A DNA stretch of 47,749 bases from Candidatus Aenigmatarchaeota archaeon (GTDB lineage Archaea; Aenigmatarchaeota; Aenigmatarchaeia; GW2011-AR5): the NCBI GenBank assembly GCA_016202875.1, contig JACQNX010000054.1, positions 1-47,749 on the forward strand, in the 5' to 3' direction. The position numbers and the translations under genes are program-made. The notes under the pieces are model-generated. The model worked only from the letters and a program-made list of their open reading frames with translations. It had not been told where the DNA came from and searched no databases. Below are positions 9,174 through 18,249 of this stretch, in pieces. Within the stretch, counting starts at the first letter, position 1. Each line of letters begins with the position of its first letter.

Positions 9174-9938
9174 ATGCCAACATTAAGCGTCATACTCCTG
9201 ACGCATAATACAGGAGAAATAATAAAAGATGTAGTCAGACAACTGGACAAGGCTGCAGATGAGATAATTGTGGTTGACGATCTCAGCGAGGACAATACAA
9301 CAGAACTCGTCAGGAAAACGACAAAAAAGGCAAAGATCATCCGGCACAAACTCACAAATCATGGAGAACAGAGGAACATCGGTTATGCGAGGGCGACAGG
9401 CGAATGGCTGGCTTGGGCGGATGATGACGAGGTCTGGAGCGACGAGCTCGTGGAAGAAGTTAAAAAAGTCAAGGAACTTGACGGGTACGGGTATGACGGG
9501 TTTGAGCTGCTTTTCAGGACGCCTGTGCTGGGCGGGGTAATAGAGGACGAGTGGCACCTCAGGCTGTTCAGGAAAGGAAAAGGTAAAAATACGCCTTCTT
9601 TTCATACTACTGTAGAAATGACTGCAGGGTCAAAGATAAGTAAAATTAAAAGAGGACATGTGCTTCATCTCAAATGGGAAGGAGCAGAGGCTTGGCTGAA
9701 AAAACATATATTCTATTCAAAAATGGACGTTGACAGCTATTTAGAAAGAGGGCTGAAAGTAAGCCCATGGAAAATGCTTGCAATGTTTTTCATCGTTTTC
9801 CTAAAAAGACTGAAGCTTGTGAAACAGGGACCTGCAGGTTTTGTATGGGCACTGGCAGCGAGCACATCGTGGATTTTTAAGGCATGCTTTCTTATTGAGG
9901 CGCGGCAAAAGAGGCAGAATCATAGGAAGACGAAGTAA
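9174..9938 (+). CDS. glycosyltransferase family 2
   Basis: 'LSVILLTHNTGE...IIVVDDLSEDNT' and the DxD-like 'WADDDE'. Confidence 0.85.
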   Translation: MPTLSVILLTHNTGEIIKDVVRQLDKAADEIIVVDDLSEDNTTELVRKTTKKAKIIRHKLTNHGEQRNIGYARATGEWLAWADDDEVWSDELVEEVKKVKELDGYGYDGFELLFRTPVLGGVIEDEWHLRLFRKGKGKNTPSFHTTVEMTAGSKISKIKRGHVLHLKWEGAEAWLKKHIFYSKMDVDSYLERGLKVSPWKMLAMFFIVFLKRLKLVKQGPAGFVWALAASTSWIFKACFLIEARQKRQNHRKTK

Positions 9939-9946
9939 GGAAGTGC

Positions 9947-10930
9947 CTACAATTCAACAGCTCCCAGCTCTTTCACCGCTCTGGAAAATGGCAGGCCGCT
10001 TCTCGAGTAAGCCCTGGCCAATTTCTTGAAAGCAATTGCAAGCATTTCATGGTTTGCAACAAAACGCGAGAAGCTATCAAATAAGGGAGTGAAAATGAAA
10101 TAGCCCTTCAGGTAATAACTGCGCCTGTTGTTGCGGAGGGCTTCAAGTGTTTTTTCATATTCATCGACTTTTACTTTTGCCGGCGCCCCTTTCTTTGCAA
10201 AGACTCTTACTGAAGAGCCGGCAACAAGCTTAACAATATCGAAGCCGTTTATCCTGAGAACGGCAGACAGGGTTTCAGGTGAGTAGAAATAAGGATGCGC
10301 AATGTCGCAGCTTTGCTCAAACCGACCGTAGAATTCTTGCACATTCGGCACTTCTATATAGAGCAAACCATCTTCTGCAAGCGCTTTTCTGAGCTTTTGC
10401 AAAACAACATGGGGGTTTGTTATGTGTTCAAAGACATGAATAAGTGTTATAAGCGAATACCTCTTTGTGAGCTTATGGGCTTCTATCAAACCTGTCATTA
10501 TATTCAATCCAAATTTCTTTCTTCCATGCTGGACAAAAGACCTAGTCGGCTCAAGGCCTTCTGCTTCCCAGCCATTTTGCGAAAAGACAAAAGGCAAGTA
10601 GCCTGCTGAGCAGCCTATGTCAAGAAATTTTTTCGTTCTGAACTGTGACAGATTTATATCTCTTGAAAAGAATGTGAACTTTTCCTCAGCACCACGCAGG
10701 CTGCGCTGGTCCAGGGCTTCTGTGGGCTGTTCTGTGCCGCCTGCCAGTTTTCTATATTGAGCAAAGGAATAAAATTCTGCATACTCTCTTTTTGTCATTC
10801 TAGGGTTAAGAAAAACAAAGCCGCAGTTCCTGCAGATAACTGTGTTTGCTTTGATCTCTTTATTCTTCGTCCGTGTTTCTAGGATTTCGTTCTTATCAGA
10901 ACCACAGAGAGCGCATACGACAGTTTCCAT
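9947..10930 (-). CDS. class I SAM-dependent methyltransferase with N-terminal Zn-ribbon
   Basis: 'CALCGS...CRNCGF' CxxC pairs, and motif I 'FLDIGCSAGY'. Confidence 0.8.
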   Translation of the reverse strand: METVVCALCGSDKNEILETRTKNKEIKANTVICRNCGFVFLNPRMTKREYAEFYSFAQYRKLAGGTEQPTEALDQRSLRGAEEKFTFFSRDINLSQFRTKKFLDIGCSAGYLPFVFSQNGWEAEGLEPTRSFVQHGRKKFGLNIMTGLIEAHKLTKRYSLITLIHVFEHITNPHVVLQKLRKALAEDGLLYIEVPNVQEFYGRFEQSCDIAHPYFYSPETLSAVLRINGFDIVKLVAGSSVRVFAKKGAPAKVKVDEYEKTLEALRNNRRSYYLKGYFIFTPLFDSFSRFVANHEMLAIAFKKLARAYSRSGLPFSRAVKELGAVEL

Positions 10931-10931
10931 A

Positions 10932-11780
10932 CTAAACCCTCTTTTTTAAATAAGAAAGATAACGTAACACTGAATACTTCAGGGCGTAATATACAAAAGG
11001 ACCTTTTAACTTAAGATGGTTACACAAAAATTTGTAGTGCTTTTTCCAGAAATATATGTTGTTGCGCAGAAGAGAAAATTCTAGTGATAATTTCTTCTGG
11101 GTTCTGCAGCCGCCTGCACGACTCAAATAGTTCAGATGCCAGACAAATGCCTCATTGCAAAATACTATTTTGAACCCTGCTTTCAGAGCTGATATGTAGA
11201 GATCTGTTTCTTCTCTATGATAATTTCCAGTCAGGTTTTCGTCATACCGCAACTTGTTAAAAACTTCTCGGCGAAACAGGGAAAACGGCAACAGCGTATG
11301 GAGCGTAACATTCCTGCCCAGATCAACAGAGAAGTTGACGTCAGTGGGATAGCAGATGTAGAGGTCTTTTGCTGCCAGCTGCTTTACCCTTGCCAATGCA
11401 GAATTTTTTCTTTCGCCTGCATAGACGAATATCTGACGCCCTCCTATGATGTCTGTGTGTTCTTTTTCCATGTTTTGCATCAAGACGGCTACATAGTCTG
11501 GAGTAAATTCAACATCATCCTCGCCAAAAATTATGAAGTCGCCTGTTGCGTGAGCCACGCCAAAGTTCCTACCACCTGGAAGGCCGAGCCTTTTTGCAGG
11601 GGCGAAATATTTTATTACCCTGTGCCTTTTTATGATACCTTTGATCTCGTTAAAGGCGAAGCCGCCATCGTCTACAATGATGATCTCCTTTACAAATTTC
11701 TGATTTAAGTAAGAGGGCAGCGTCTTCTTGACAACACCCCCCCGTTTGTATGTCGGAATAATGATGCTAACTGTTTTCAT
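10932..11780 (-). CDS. glycosyltransferase family 2
   Basis: 'VSIIIPTYKRGG...IIIVDDGG' and 'FGEDDVEF'. I prefer the ATG at 11780; a GTG at 11789 is also possible. Confidence 0.85.
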   Translation of the reverse strand: MKTVSIIIPTYKRGGVVKKTLPSYLNQKFVKEIIIVDDGGFAFNEIKGIIKRHRVIKYFAPAKRLGLPGGRNFGVAHATGDFIIFGEDDVEFTPDYVAVLMQNMEKEHTDIIGGRQIFVYAGERKNSALARVKQLAAKDLYICYPTDVNFSVDLGRNVTLHTLLPFSLFRREVFNKLRYDENLTGNYHREETDLYISALKAGFKIVFCNEAFVWHLNYLSRAGGCRTQKKLSLEFSLLRNNIYFWKKHYKFLCNHLKLKGPFVYYALKYSVLRYLSYLKKRV

Positions 11781-11840
11781 GATGACCACATTTATAAGAG
11801 AAACGAAAGGCTTTTAATTCCAAATGTTGTAGCAGAAACA

Positions 11841-11848
11841 ATTTAAGT
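11841..11848 (+). promoter_or_regulatory. TATA-like box for the RHH-nucleotidyltransferase-like gene
   Basis: 'ATTTAAGT' is centred about 26 nt upstream of the ATG at 11870, which implies a leaderless mRNA. Confidence 0.35.
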
Positions 11849-11863
11849 ATGATAGTTTCATAC
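11847..11863. promoter_or_regulatory. perfect inverted repeat GTATGA-N5-TCATAC (candidate RHH operator)
   Basis: Read directly from the sequence. It lies between the TATA-like box and the ATG at 11870 of a gene encoding an RHH domain. Confidence 0.4.
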
Positions 11864-11869
11864 TCTAGC

Positions 11870-12586
11870 ATGAAAGACAAGATCGCCATCTCGCTCCACA
11901 AGGAGACCCTAGAAAAGATAGACAAAAAAATAGATGGCACAAATATCCGAAGCAGAAGCCAGGCTATCGAGATACTGATTAAGAAAGGACTGGCGCTCAG
12001 CACTGTGAATACTGCTGTCCTGCTTCTCAGTAAAATGCATGCCAACATCCCTGCCAAACCTTTCAAATCTTCTAGTGTTCTGGACCAACAAACAGAATTT
12101 TTCAGAAAGAACAATATCACAAATATTTATGCTATAGTGCAGGGCGGGCTTGAAACAGATAAGGTGACTGTTATAAAAACGAACGAGAAAACAAATGGAG
12201 ATGCGCTCAGGCAGGCAAAGGGTGTGATAAAAGATAACTTCGTCGTGATGAGTGGTGACATCTACACTAATTTTGACCTTGCAGGCATGATAGGCAAGCA
12301 TATGACTTCTGGGAAGATGGCTACAATAGGATTAATGAGCTCGCCTACACCAGGGAAGTACGGGACAGCTGTCATGGAAGGCGATATGGTTGTGTCATTT
12401 GCAGAAAAACCGAAAAAACCTGAGTCTCACATCACCAATGCAGGCATTTATATTTTCAGCCCAGAGATCTTCAGCATATTGAAAGGGTCTATTGAGAAAA
12501 ATGTGCTGCCAGAGCTAGCACGAAAGAAACAACTTGTCGGATATTTTACAACAGGCGAGTATGTGCATTTTGGGGAGATGCAATGA
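11870..12586 (+). CDS. ribbon-helix-helix (CopG-like) domain fused to a sugar-nucleotidyltransferase-like domain that lacks the GxGTR signature
   Basis: N-terminus 'MKDKIAISLHKETLEKIDKKI...RSRSQAIEILIKKG' is RHH-like. The body ('FVVMSGDIYTNFDL', 'GKYGTAVMEGDMVVSFAEKPKKP', 'NAGIYIFSPEIF') is NTP_transferase-like. Where GGxGTRL is expected, the sequence reads 'LLLSKMHANIPAKPF'. An alternative ATG lies at 11849. Confidence 0.65.
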   Translation: MKDKIAISLHKETLEKIDKKIDGTNIRSRSQAIEILIKKGLALSTVNTAVLLLSKMHANIPAKPFKSSSVLDQQTEFFRKNNITNIYAIVQGGLETDKVTVIKTNEKTNGDALRQAKGVIKDNFVVMSGDIYTNFDLAGMIGKHMTSGKMATIGLMSSPTPGKYGTAVMEGDMVVSFAEKPKKPESHITNAGIYIFSPEIFSILKGSIEKNVLPELARKKQLVGYFTTGEYVHFGEMQ

Positions 12587-12591
12587 TATTG

Positions 12592-13677
12592 TTAACGTAT
12601 TTTTGCCAAAATCGTTTTTGCAGCTTCTATGACATCTTGCGCGCTGAGATTTTTCATGTGCTCATGATCGCATTCCGGAAACTGGGCGCGGAACGGTAGG
12701 ATGCATGGCGGCTTATTGTCTTTCCGTAATCCCATACAATTCTTGCCATAAGGGCCGAAGCGCTCCGGCACATTGGGGCCAAAGAGCCCAAGTGTAGGCG
12801 TGCCCATGGCTGCTGCTATGTGCATGGGACCTGCATCGTTGGCAATGACTAATTTCATTTTTGAGAAGAGATATGCAAGTTCATGTAGAGAAAGCTGGCC
12901 ACTAAGGTTTTGTATTCTGTTTCTGTGCTTGCAGCAGCTGATGATTCTTTTGTTTAAGCCTTTTTCATTTGCAGCGCCAACCAGATAAACAGCCCAGCCT
13001 TTGCTTGCAAAAAAATCACAAACAGCAGCAAAGTTCTCTTCGGACCATCTTCTTGTTCTGGATGTTGAGGCAGAACCTGCGTGAATGGCAAGGGATTTTG
13101 ATGGAAGCGCCATGTTTAAAGGCTTTACATAGATTGGCACAAGCGCTCTCGGTACAGGAAATAACTGGAACGACGCAAATATTCTGTAAAAAGACAGAAC
13201 TGCATGTTCGTTCTCGTCAATTTTGACTGAGCGCGTATAAAGATGACGGCGGTTGTCTAAGCCGTGGCGCACGGATGCCCCTGATATCGCACCGAGTACT
13301 GCGGAGAATTTCATGTACGGATCAGAATCGATAGATACAGAGAAGCGGTATTTACGCAGGGAGAGGATTGCAGCAACGGCTTTGAAAGGGTTCTTGAAAT
13401 CAAAAATAACAACTCTATCAATAAACATTTGGCTTTCGAAAACAGCTTTGTTTTGTTTTGTGCAAATTACAGTGATATTGTAGCCCTTGTTCTTGAGTGC
13501 TTTGATCGATGGCAGTACTAGTACGCTTTCACCAATTGCCCACAATTTTATAACGAGTACATTTTTATTTTCCGCCCTGTTTGTAAGAAAAGGCAACAGC
13601 ATCCACGACCAGACGTAAAGAAACATGCCAAAGTATCTATCAACAATGCGCAACATTTTCGCTTGCATAAGAATCAT
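12592..13677 (-). CDS. glycosyltransferase family 9 (heptosyltransferase-like)
   Basis: 'VLVIKLWAIGESVLVLPSIKALK' and 'ANDAGPMHIAAAMGTPTLGLFGP' are GT9 signatures. ATGA overlap with the upstream gene. Confidence 0.8.
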   Translation of the reverse strand: MILMQAKMLRIVDRYFGMFLYVWSWMLLPFLTNRAENKNVLVIKLWAIGESVLVLPSIKALKNKGYNITVICTKQNKAVFESQMFIDRVVIFDFKNPFKAVAAILSLRKYRFSVSIDSDPYMKFSAVLGAISGASVRHGLDNRRHLYTRSVKIDENEHAVLSFYRIFASFQLFPVPRALVPIYVKPLNMALPSKSLAIHAGSASTSRTRRWSEENFAAVCDFFASKGWAVYLVGAANEKGLNKRIISCCKHRNRIQNLSGQLSLHELAYLFSKMKLVIANDAGPMHIAAAMGTPTLGLFGPNVPERFGPYGKNCMGLRKDNKPPCILPFRAQFPECDHEHMKNLSAQDVIEAAKTILAKIR

Positions 13678-14459
13678 TTTTCATTCGGATAAGGCGGCGG
13701 TATTATGAGATTGTCGTGTGCGAACTTGTTTGCCTCTTCATAAGCTTCCAATGTCCCTATATCTATCCAAAATGTTATCTTTTCTGCAAAACCTGCGAGC
13801 TTTCCATTCCGTGCCAACAAGGGAAAGAGGCTTTGTTCTATCTTAATTTCCCTCTCTTCAATCAAATGTCCAACATCATCAAGCTCTAATATGTAGTAAG
13901 CTGCATTTGCCAGCCTTGATTCGGGATGCTGGGGCTTCTCGACAAACTTTTCTATCAGCGTAAAGCCTTTATTGTTCCTGACTGTTGCGATGCCGAGGCG
14001 CTTTGCACTTTCCTCTGAAACTTCGAAGAGGGCAACGGTTGCCGATGTCCCAAGAGCAGCTCTGCATTTTTTGTGATATTCAAACAGGTCAGCAACATTT
14101 ACATCGGAAAGATTGTCGCCATAGGCAACTATGACAGGACCAGATGCAAGGCTGCACTCCTGCAGGACCTTTTTAAGATCACCTGCAGTTTCTTTCTGCT
14201 CTGTTCTGACAACCCTGATTTTTCCGTTATACTTTTCCTTGAGATATTTCTCTATACAAAAGGCCTGGATTTGAGAGAGCTCATCACTATTGCCGGCTAT
14301 TGCAACAATGATTTCATCAACTTCGTTACAAAGTTTAAGATTGGCTATGACCCAGTCGATAATAGGAGTGCCTTTTACAGGCAGAAGCGGCTTTGGAATA
14401 CCATAGGTCAGCGGGCGCAGACGCGTGCCCTTGCCTGCGGCTAGTATGATAGCTTTCAT
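13674..14459 (-). CDS. NDP-sugar pyrophosphorylase (sugar-1-phosphate nucleotidyltransferase)
   Basis: Canonical 'MKAIILAAGKGTRLRPLTYGIPKPLLPV'. Confidence 0.85.
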   Translation of the reverse strand: MKAIILAAGKGTRLRPLTYGIPKPLLPVKGTPIIDWVIANLKLCNEVDEIIVAIAGNSDELSQIQAFCIEKYLKEKYNGKIRVVRTEQKETAGDLKKVLQECSLASGPVIVAYGDNLSDVNVADLFEYHKKCRAALGTSATVALFEVSEESAKRLGIATVRNNKGFTLIEKFVEKPQHPESRLANAAYYILELDDVGHLIEEREIKIEQSLFPLLARNGKLAGFAEKITFWIDIGTLEAYEEANKFAHDNLIIPPPYPNEK

Positions 14460-14492
14460 TTGAGATCACTCTATCCTAAGTTTATCATCTTA

Positions 14493-15782
14493 TCACCAGC
14501 ACACGCCTTCTATCCCTGATACTTGTGTTCTGTCTAGTATTTTTCTTCCTTCTATAATAATTTTGTTGTTCATAACGGCAAAATCGCTGTCTGCAAGTTC
14601 GGCGAATTCACCCCAGGCGGCCATGATTAAACAAGCGTCGGCATCTTTGAGAGCTTCTGTTGGCGTGTCTGCGTAAGTTATATCAGGAAATATTTTCTTC
14701 ATATTTCCGTTTGCCATAGGGTCATAAGCATACACGTTTGCGCTATGTTTTTTCAGTTCCTTAATCACATCAATCGCAACCGAGTCCCTTACATCGTCTG
14801 TATTTTCCTTAAAGGCAAGACCAAGAACTGCAATCTTTTTTCCTGCCGGGTCTATTTTATTTTTCAGTATTTCTACTATTTTCTTTTTTTGGGCAGTATT
14901 CGATTTCAATACAGCATCAAGGACATCAGAGTTTTCATGTTCCTTTTTGAACAACGAAACCAATGCAGAAACATCCTTCGGGAAGCAGGAGCCTCCGAAG
15001 CCGCAGCCAGCGTTCAGGAAATGAGGCGCGATGCGCTTGTCATAGCCCATGCCGCGGGCGACTTCATAAACATCAATCCCGAGCTTTTTGCAGAGGTTGC
15101 CCAGCTCGTTGATAAATGTGACCTTTGTGGCGAGAAAGGCATTTGAGGCATACTTGATCATTTCTGCTGTTTTTAGAGAGGTTCGCATGATGGGTGCATT
15201 GAAGTCTGTATAGAGTTTTTCAAGAGCGTCGCCGCTTCTCTTGTCAAGCTCGCCAATGACGATGCGATCTGGACTGAGGAAATCCTGCACGGCGAAGCCT
15301 TCCCGAAGAAACTCCGGGCTCATGGCGAGGCCGAAGTCAATGCCGGCTTTCTTACCTGATTCATTTTCCAGCCACTTTTTAAATACACCTTCTGCCGTGC
15401 CTGGAAGCACAGTGGACTTGATGCATACAACATGATAGGAATTTTTGTTTTTCATGGCAGTAGCAATAGACTGAGCAGCATTTGTTATCTGACTTAAGTC
15501 AATGGAGCCGTCGACTTTTGAAGGGGTGCCCACGCAGATGAACGTTATGTCCGAGTTCTGGACTGCGTGTGTATAATCGGTAGTTGCAAAAATGAGTTTT
15601 TTATCAAGGGCTTCCTTGAGACTGTCTGCTACATCTTCTTCGTAGAATGGCGGAATGCCTTTATTTATGTCGTTGACTTTCTTCTCATTCCTGTCAACAC
15701 AGATACAGCTGTGACCATGATGGGCGAGGCCCAGAGCAGTGCTCAAGCCTACATAGCCTGCACCTATTATGGATATTTTCAT
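14493..15782 (-). CDS. UDP-glucose/GDP-mannose dehydrogenase family (likely UDP-glucose 6-dehydrogenase)
   Basis: 'MKISIIGAGYVGLSTA' NAD-binding motif and catalytic 'GFGGSCFPKD'. Confidence 0.85.
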   Translation of the reverse strand: MKISIIGAGYVGLSTALGLAHHGHSCICVDRNEKKVNDINKGIPPFYEEDVADSLKEALDKKLIFATTDYTHAVQNSDITFICVGTPSKVDGSIDLSQITNAAQSIATAMKNKNSYHVVCIKSTVLPGTAEGVFKKWLENESGKKAGIDFGLAMSPEFLREGFAVQDFLSPDRIVIGELDKRSGDALEKLYTDFNAPIMRTSLKTAEMIKYASNAFLATKVTFINELGNLCKKLGIDVYEVARGMGYDKRIAPHFLNAGCGFGGSCFPKDVSALVSLFKKEHENSDVLDAVLKSNTAQKKKIVEILKNKIDPAGKKIAVLGLAFKENTDDVRDSVAIDVIKELKKHSANVYAYDPMANGNMKKIFPDITYADTPTEALKDADACLIMAAWGEFAELADSDFAVMNNKIIIEGRKILDRTQVSGIEGVCW

Positions 15783-15894
15783 GCTGATCTAGAAAAGAAT
15801 AGTAGGAAATTTTTTAAACCCCGTTAAGATAGGGCAAAAGGTGAACTATTTCCTTGGCTTTATAAATTATAGTGCAAGACATAACTTTTTTGTC

Positions 15895-16422
15895 CTATAC
15901 TATAATGATCAGTTTTGCGGCGGCAAGCAGGTCATCAGCAACAGCATCAGGTTTAGGACCTTCATAATCCGTACCGTAGCCGGTTCGTACAAGGATGGTT
16001 GTGCAACCTGCGCGCTTACCCATCTCTATATCAAGAGGCTTGTCGCCTACGACATAAGAGTCAGGCAAGCTGATGCCATAGTCTTTTACAGCACTTTCTA
16101 ACATACCTGTATTAGGTTTTCTGCATTCACATCCATCATCGGGGTGATGGCCGCAGTAATAGATTTCTGTTATCTTTCCGCCTGCTTGTTCGATTTCTGC
16201 TGTCATTTGTCTGTGGATGTCGAGAAGCGATGCCTCTGTGATCAGCCCGCGGGTCAGGCCGCTCTGGTTTGTAATAACAAAGGTCGTGTAGTTGTTTTTT
16301 GTAAGGAGAGCGATGGCTTCCTTAGAGCCAGGCAGAAACTCAAATTCATTCCAACTCTTTATGTAAGCATCACTTTCTTTGTTTATCACACCGTCACGGT
16401 CCAGGAAGACTGCTCTGTACAT
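15895..16422 (-). CDS. gmhB: D-glycero-D-manno-heptose 1,7-bisphosphate phosphatase
   Basis: HAD motif 'AVFLDRDGVIN' and GmhB-type 'CECRKPNTGM'. Confidence 0.8.
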   Translation of the reverse strand: MYRAVFLDRDGVINKESDAYIKSWNEFEFLPGSKEAIALLTKNNYTTFVITNQSGLTRGLITEASLLDIHRQMTAEIEQAGGKITEIYYCGHHPDDGCECRKPNTGMLESAVKDYGISLPDSYVVGDKPLDIEMGKRAGCTTILVRTGYGTDYEGPKPDAVADDLLAAAKLIIIV

Positions 16423-16427
16423 AAGAA

Positions 16428-17033
16428 TCAGACCACTTGTTTATTTTTAATTTCCATCTCAAAGACATCTTTTATTCCTAACCAAAGCCAGTGCAACATT
16501 TCAAAATATCCAATTTGGACTTGCTGCGTATCTGCAGAGGGAATTACTATGGCAATATCAGAACGGCTCACAATTTCGTGGTGCAATTCACCGTTACCAA
16601 CAATGCCAATTCGGTAAATGCCCATCTCTTTTGCGATGTCAAGAACTCTTCTGACGTTAACAGCTTTGCCGCTTGTGCTTATGCCATAAACGAGATCACC
16701 TAGTTTGCCCATAGTCCGCAACTGGTACTCAAAAGCATGCTGATCGCCATAATCATTGGAAATAGCTGTCACAGAAGGTGCATCGGTTAAAGACAAAGAA
16801 CGAAACGTTACATCTCCATAAGGCTTTGTATCACGAAATTCTCCTGCAAAATGCTGAGAGTCTGCTGCACTTCCCCCATTGCCGCAGAAATACACAGTGC
16901 CGCCTGATCGGAAGACATTTGCAGTCAGTTCCAGAGCTTTTGCCACCTGGTCTAAAACCCCTGCTTCTTCAAACGTTTCTCTTACTTTTGTATACTCACT
17001 ATATCTTTTTTTCAAATTTTCCATTATGTACAC
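16428..17033 (-). CDS. gmhA: phosphoheptose (sedoheptulose-7-P) isomerase, SIS domain
   Basis: 'VYFCGNGGSAADSQHFAGEF' is the GmhA signature. Confidence 0.85.
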   Translation of the reverse strand: MYIMENLKKRYSEYTKVRETFEEAGVLDQVAKALELTANVFRSGGTVYFCGNGGSAADSQHFAGEFRDTKPYGDVTFRSLSLTDAPSVTAISNDYGDQHAFEYQLRTMGKLGDLVYGISTSGKAVNVRRVLDIAKEMGIYRIGIVGNGELHHEIVSRSDIAIVIPSADTQQVQIGYFEMLHWLWLGIKDVFEMEIKNKQVV

Positions 17034-17064
17034 CTTCTCTACAGTCGTAATAGCAACCTTATCG

Positions 17065-17574
17065 TCAAAATGCTCCTGTAGGATACAGCCAATTCATGTA
17101 ATCTTCTAACCACGTTTTCAGATTTACAGGATCTTTTGGACACCCTGATCCAAAACATATTTTTATTCCAAGTTCTTCTGCTTTCCTGCGTTCATCTTGG
17201 TCTATTGTTCCTAATGCATAATCAGGACCTTTCCAGATTTCATCAGGAAGAATCGTTTCAATTGCTCTGACTGCTTTTGGATCATCAAAGGCTGTTATAT
17301 GCGTCACATGAGGCGATCTAGATACAAGCTCTGCCCTGTAATCAAAAGGAAATATTCTGTCGTTCCTCCCATTTCCATTCCTATATACACTTAGAGATGG
17401 GTCGCTATTCATGGCCACTGTTACGATACCAGATTCTGCAGCCTCCCTAAACAATTCATAATGATGCCGCCTAGCCGGATTAAACGTGCCGATAGGCATT
17501 ACAAAACGTTTGCCTTTGCTTTGCTCCTCATGAACAAGAAGCGCAAGTTTGTCCATGTCTATAATTTTATACAT
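17065..17574 (-). CDS. divergent HldE-domain-II-like cytidylyltransferase-fold protein (HxGH motif altered)
   Basis: Collinear with heptose-1-P adenylyltransferases ('VAMNSDPSLSVYRNG', 'KGPDY'). The 'GCFDxxHxGH' motif reads 'GTFNPARRHH'. Confidence 0.6.
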   Translation of the reverse strand: MYKIIDMDKLALLVHEEQSKGKRFVMPIGTFNPARRHHYELFREAAESGIVTVAMNSDPSLSVYRNGNGRNDRIFPFDYRAELVSRSPHVTHITAFDDPKAVRAIETILPDEIWKGPDYALGTIDQDERRKAEELGIKICFGSGCPKDPVNLKTWLEDYMNWLYPTGAF

Positions 17575-17766
17575 ACGTTCACCTTATTTTTAGTCACCGG
17601 CAATCACGGTAATGCCCAAGTCTTTGAGGCTCCTGCAGAGTTCGTGGCGCGATTCACCAACATTCGGATCAATTCTTACGGCTCTTACACCATTGTCTGT
17701 AACGTATTTCACGACTTCGCCAACTTCTGCAAAATGTATAAAATATCCTGCCGCTCTCCCATCAAC

Positions 17767-18249
17767 TCACCCCTTTGCATACGCATTCAGCACCTGCTCC
17801 ACTATTTTTGTAGTGGATTTTCCTTCTATTTTCCGGATAAGGACGACTTTGCCTCCAGCTTTCTGCACTGCAAAGCGTTCGACACACTGCTCTATGCCAT
17901 AATTTTTGTCACATGCTTTCACGTGGAAATTGGGCATGATTTTTCCAATCCATTTGTTTGGCGTTTCGTCATTGAAGATGAAAACGTAATCCACTGATTT
18001 CAGGCTGTCCAGCATCTCTGCGCGCTCCTTTTCCGGGACAATAGGGCGGCCAGGCTTTGCTTTAAAATACGGGGACCTGTCGCCGTTCACGCCAACGATA
18101 AGGACGTCGCCAAGCCTTTTGGCCTCTGCCAGATAGCGTGCATGGCCTATGTGAAGAATATCGAAGCAGCCATTGGTGGTGACGATTTTTTTGCCTTGTT
18201 TTTTTGCCTGCTGCGCGATTTTTATGGCGTCTTTCATGCTTACAATCAC
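17767..18249 (-). CDS. hldE: D-glycero-beta-D-manno-heptose 1-phosphate adenylyltransferase (stand-alone HldE domain II)
   Basis: 'TTNGCFDILHIGHARYLAEAKRLGDVLIVGVNGD'. GTGA overlap with the kinase gene; an ATG at 18237 is an alternative start. Confidence 0.85.
   Translation of the reverse strand: MIVSMKDAIKIAQQAKKQGKKIVTTNGCFDILHIGHARYLAEAKRLGDVLIVGVNGDRSPYFKAKPGRPIVPEKERAEMLDSLKSVDYVFIFNDETPNKWIGKIMPNFHVKACDKNYGIEQCVERFAVQKAGGKVVLIRKIEGKSTTKIVEQVLNAYAKG

Noticed and set aside
17575-17769. Possible genome-wide UGA recoding, suggested by the stop-free in-frame extension after the HldE-II TGA.
   Set aside because: TGA clearly terminates many well-defined genes here, at family-appropriate lengths (for example at 4285, 4920, 7283, 8011, 13674, 44188 and 47035). 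A recoded genetic code is therefore not supported. I keep the locus only as a local curiosity.
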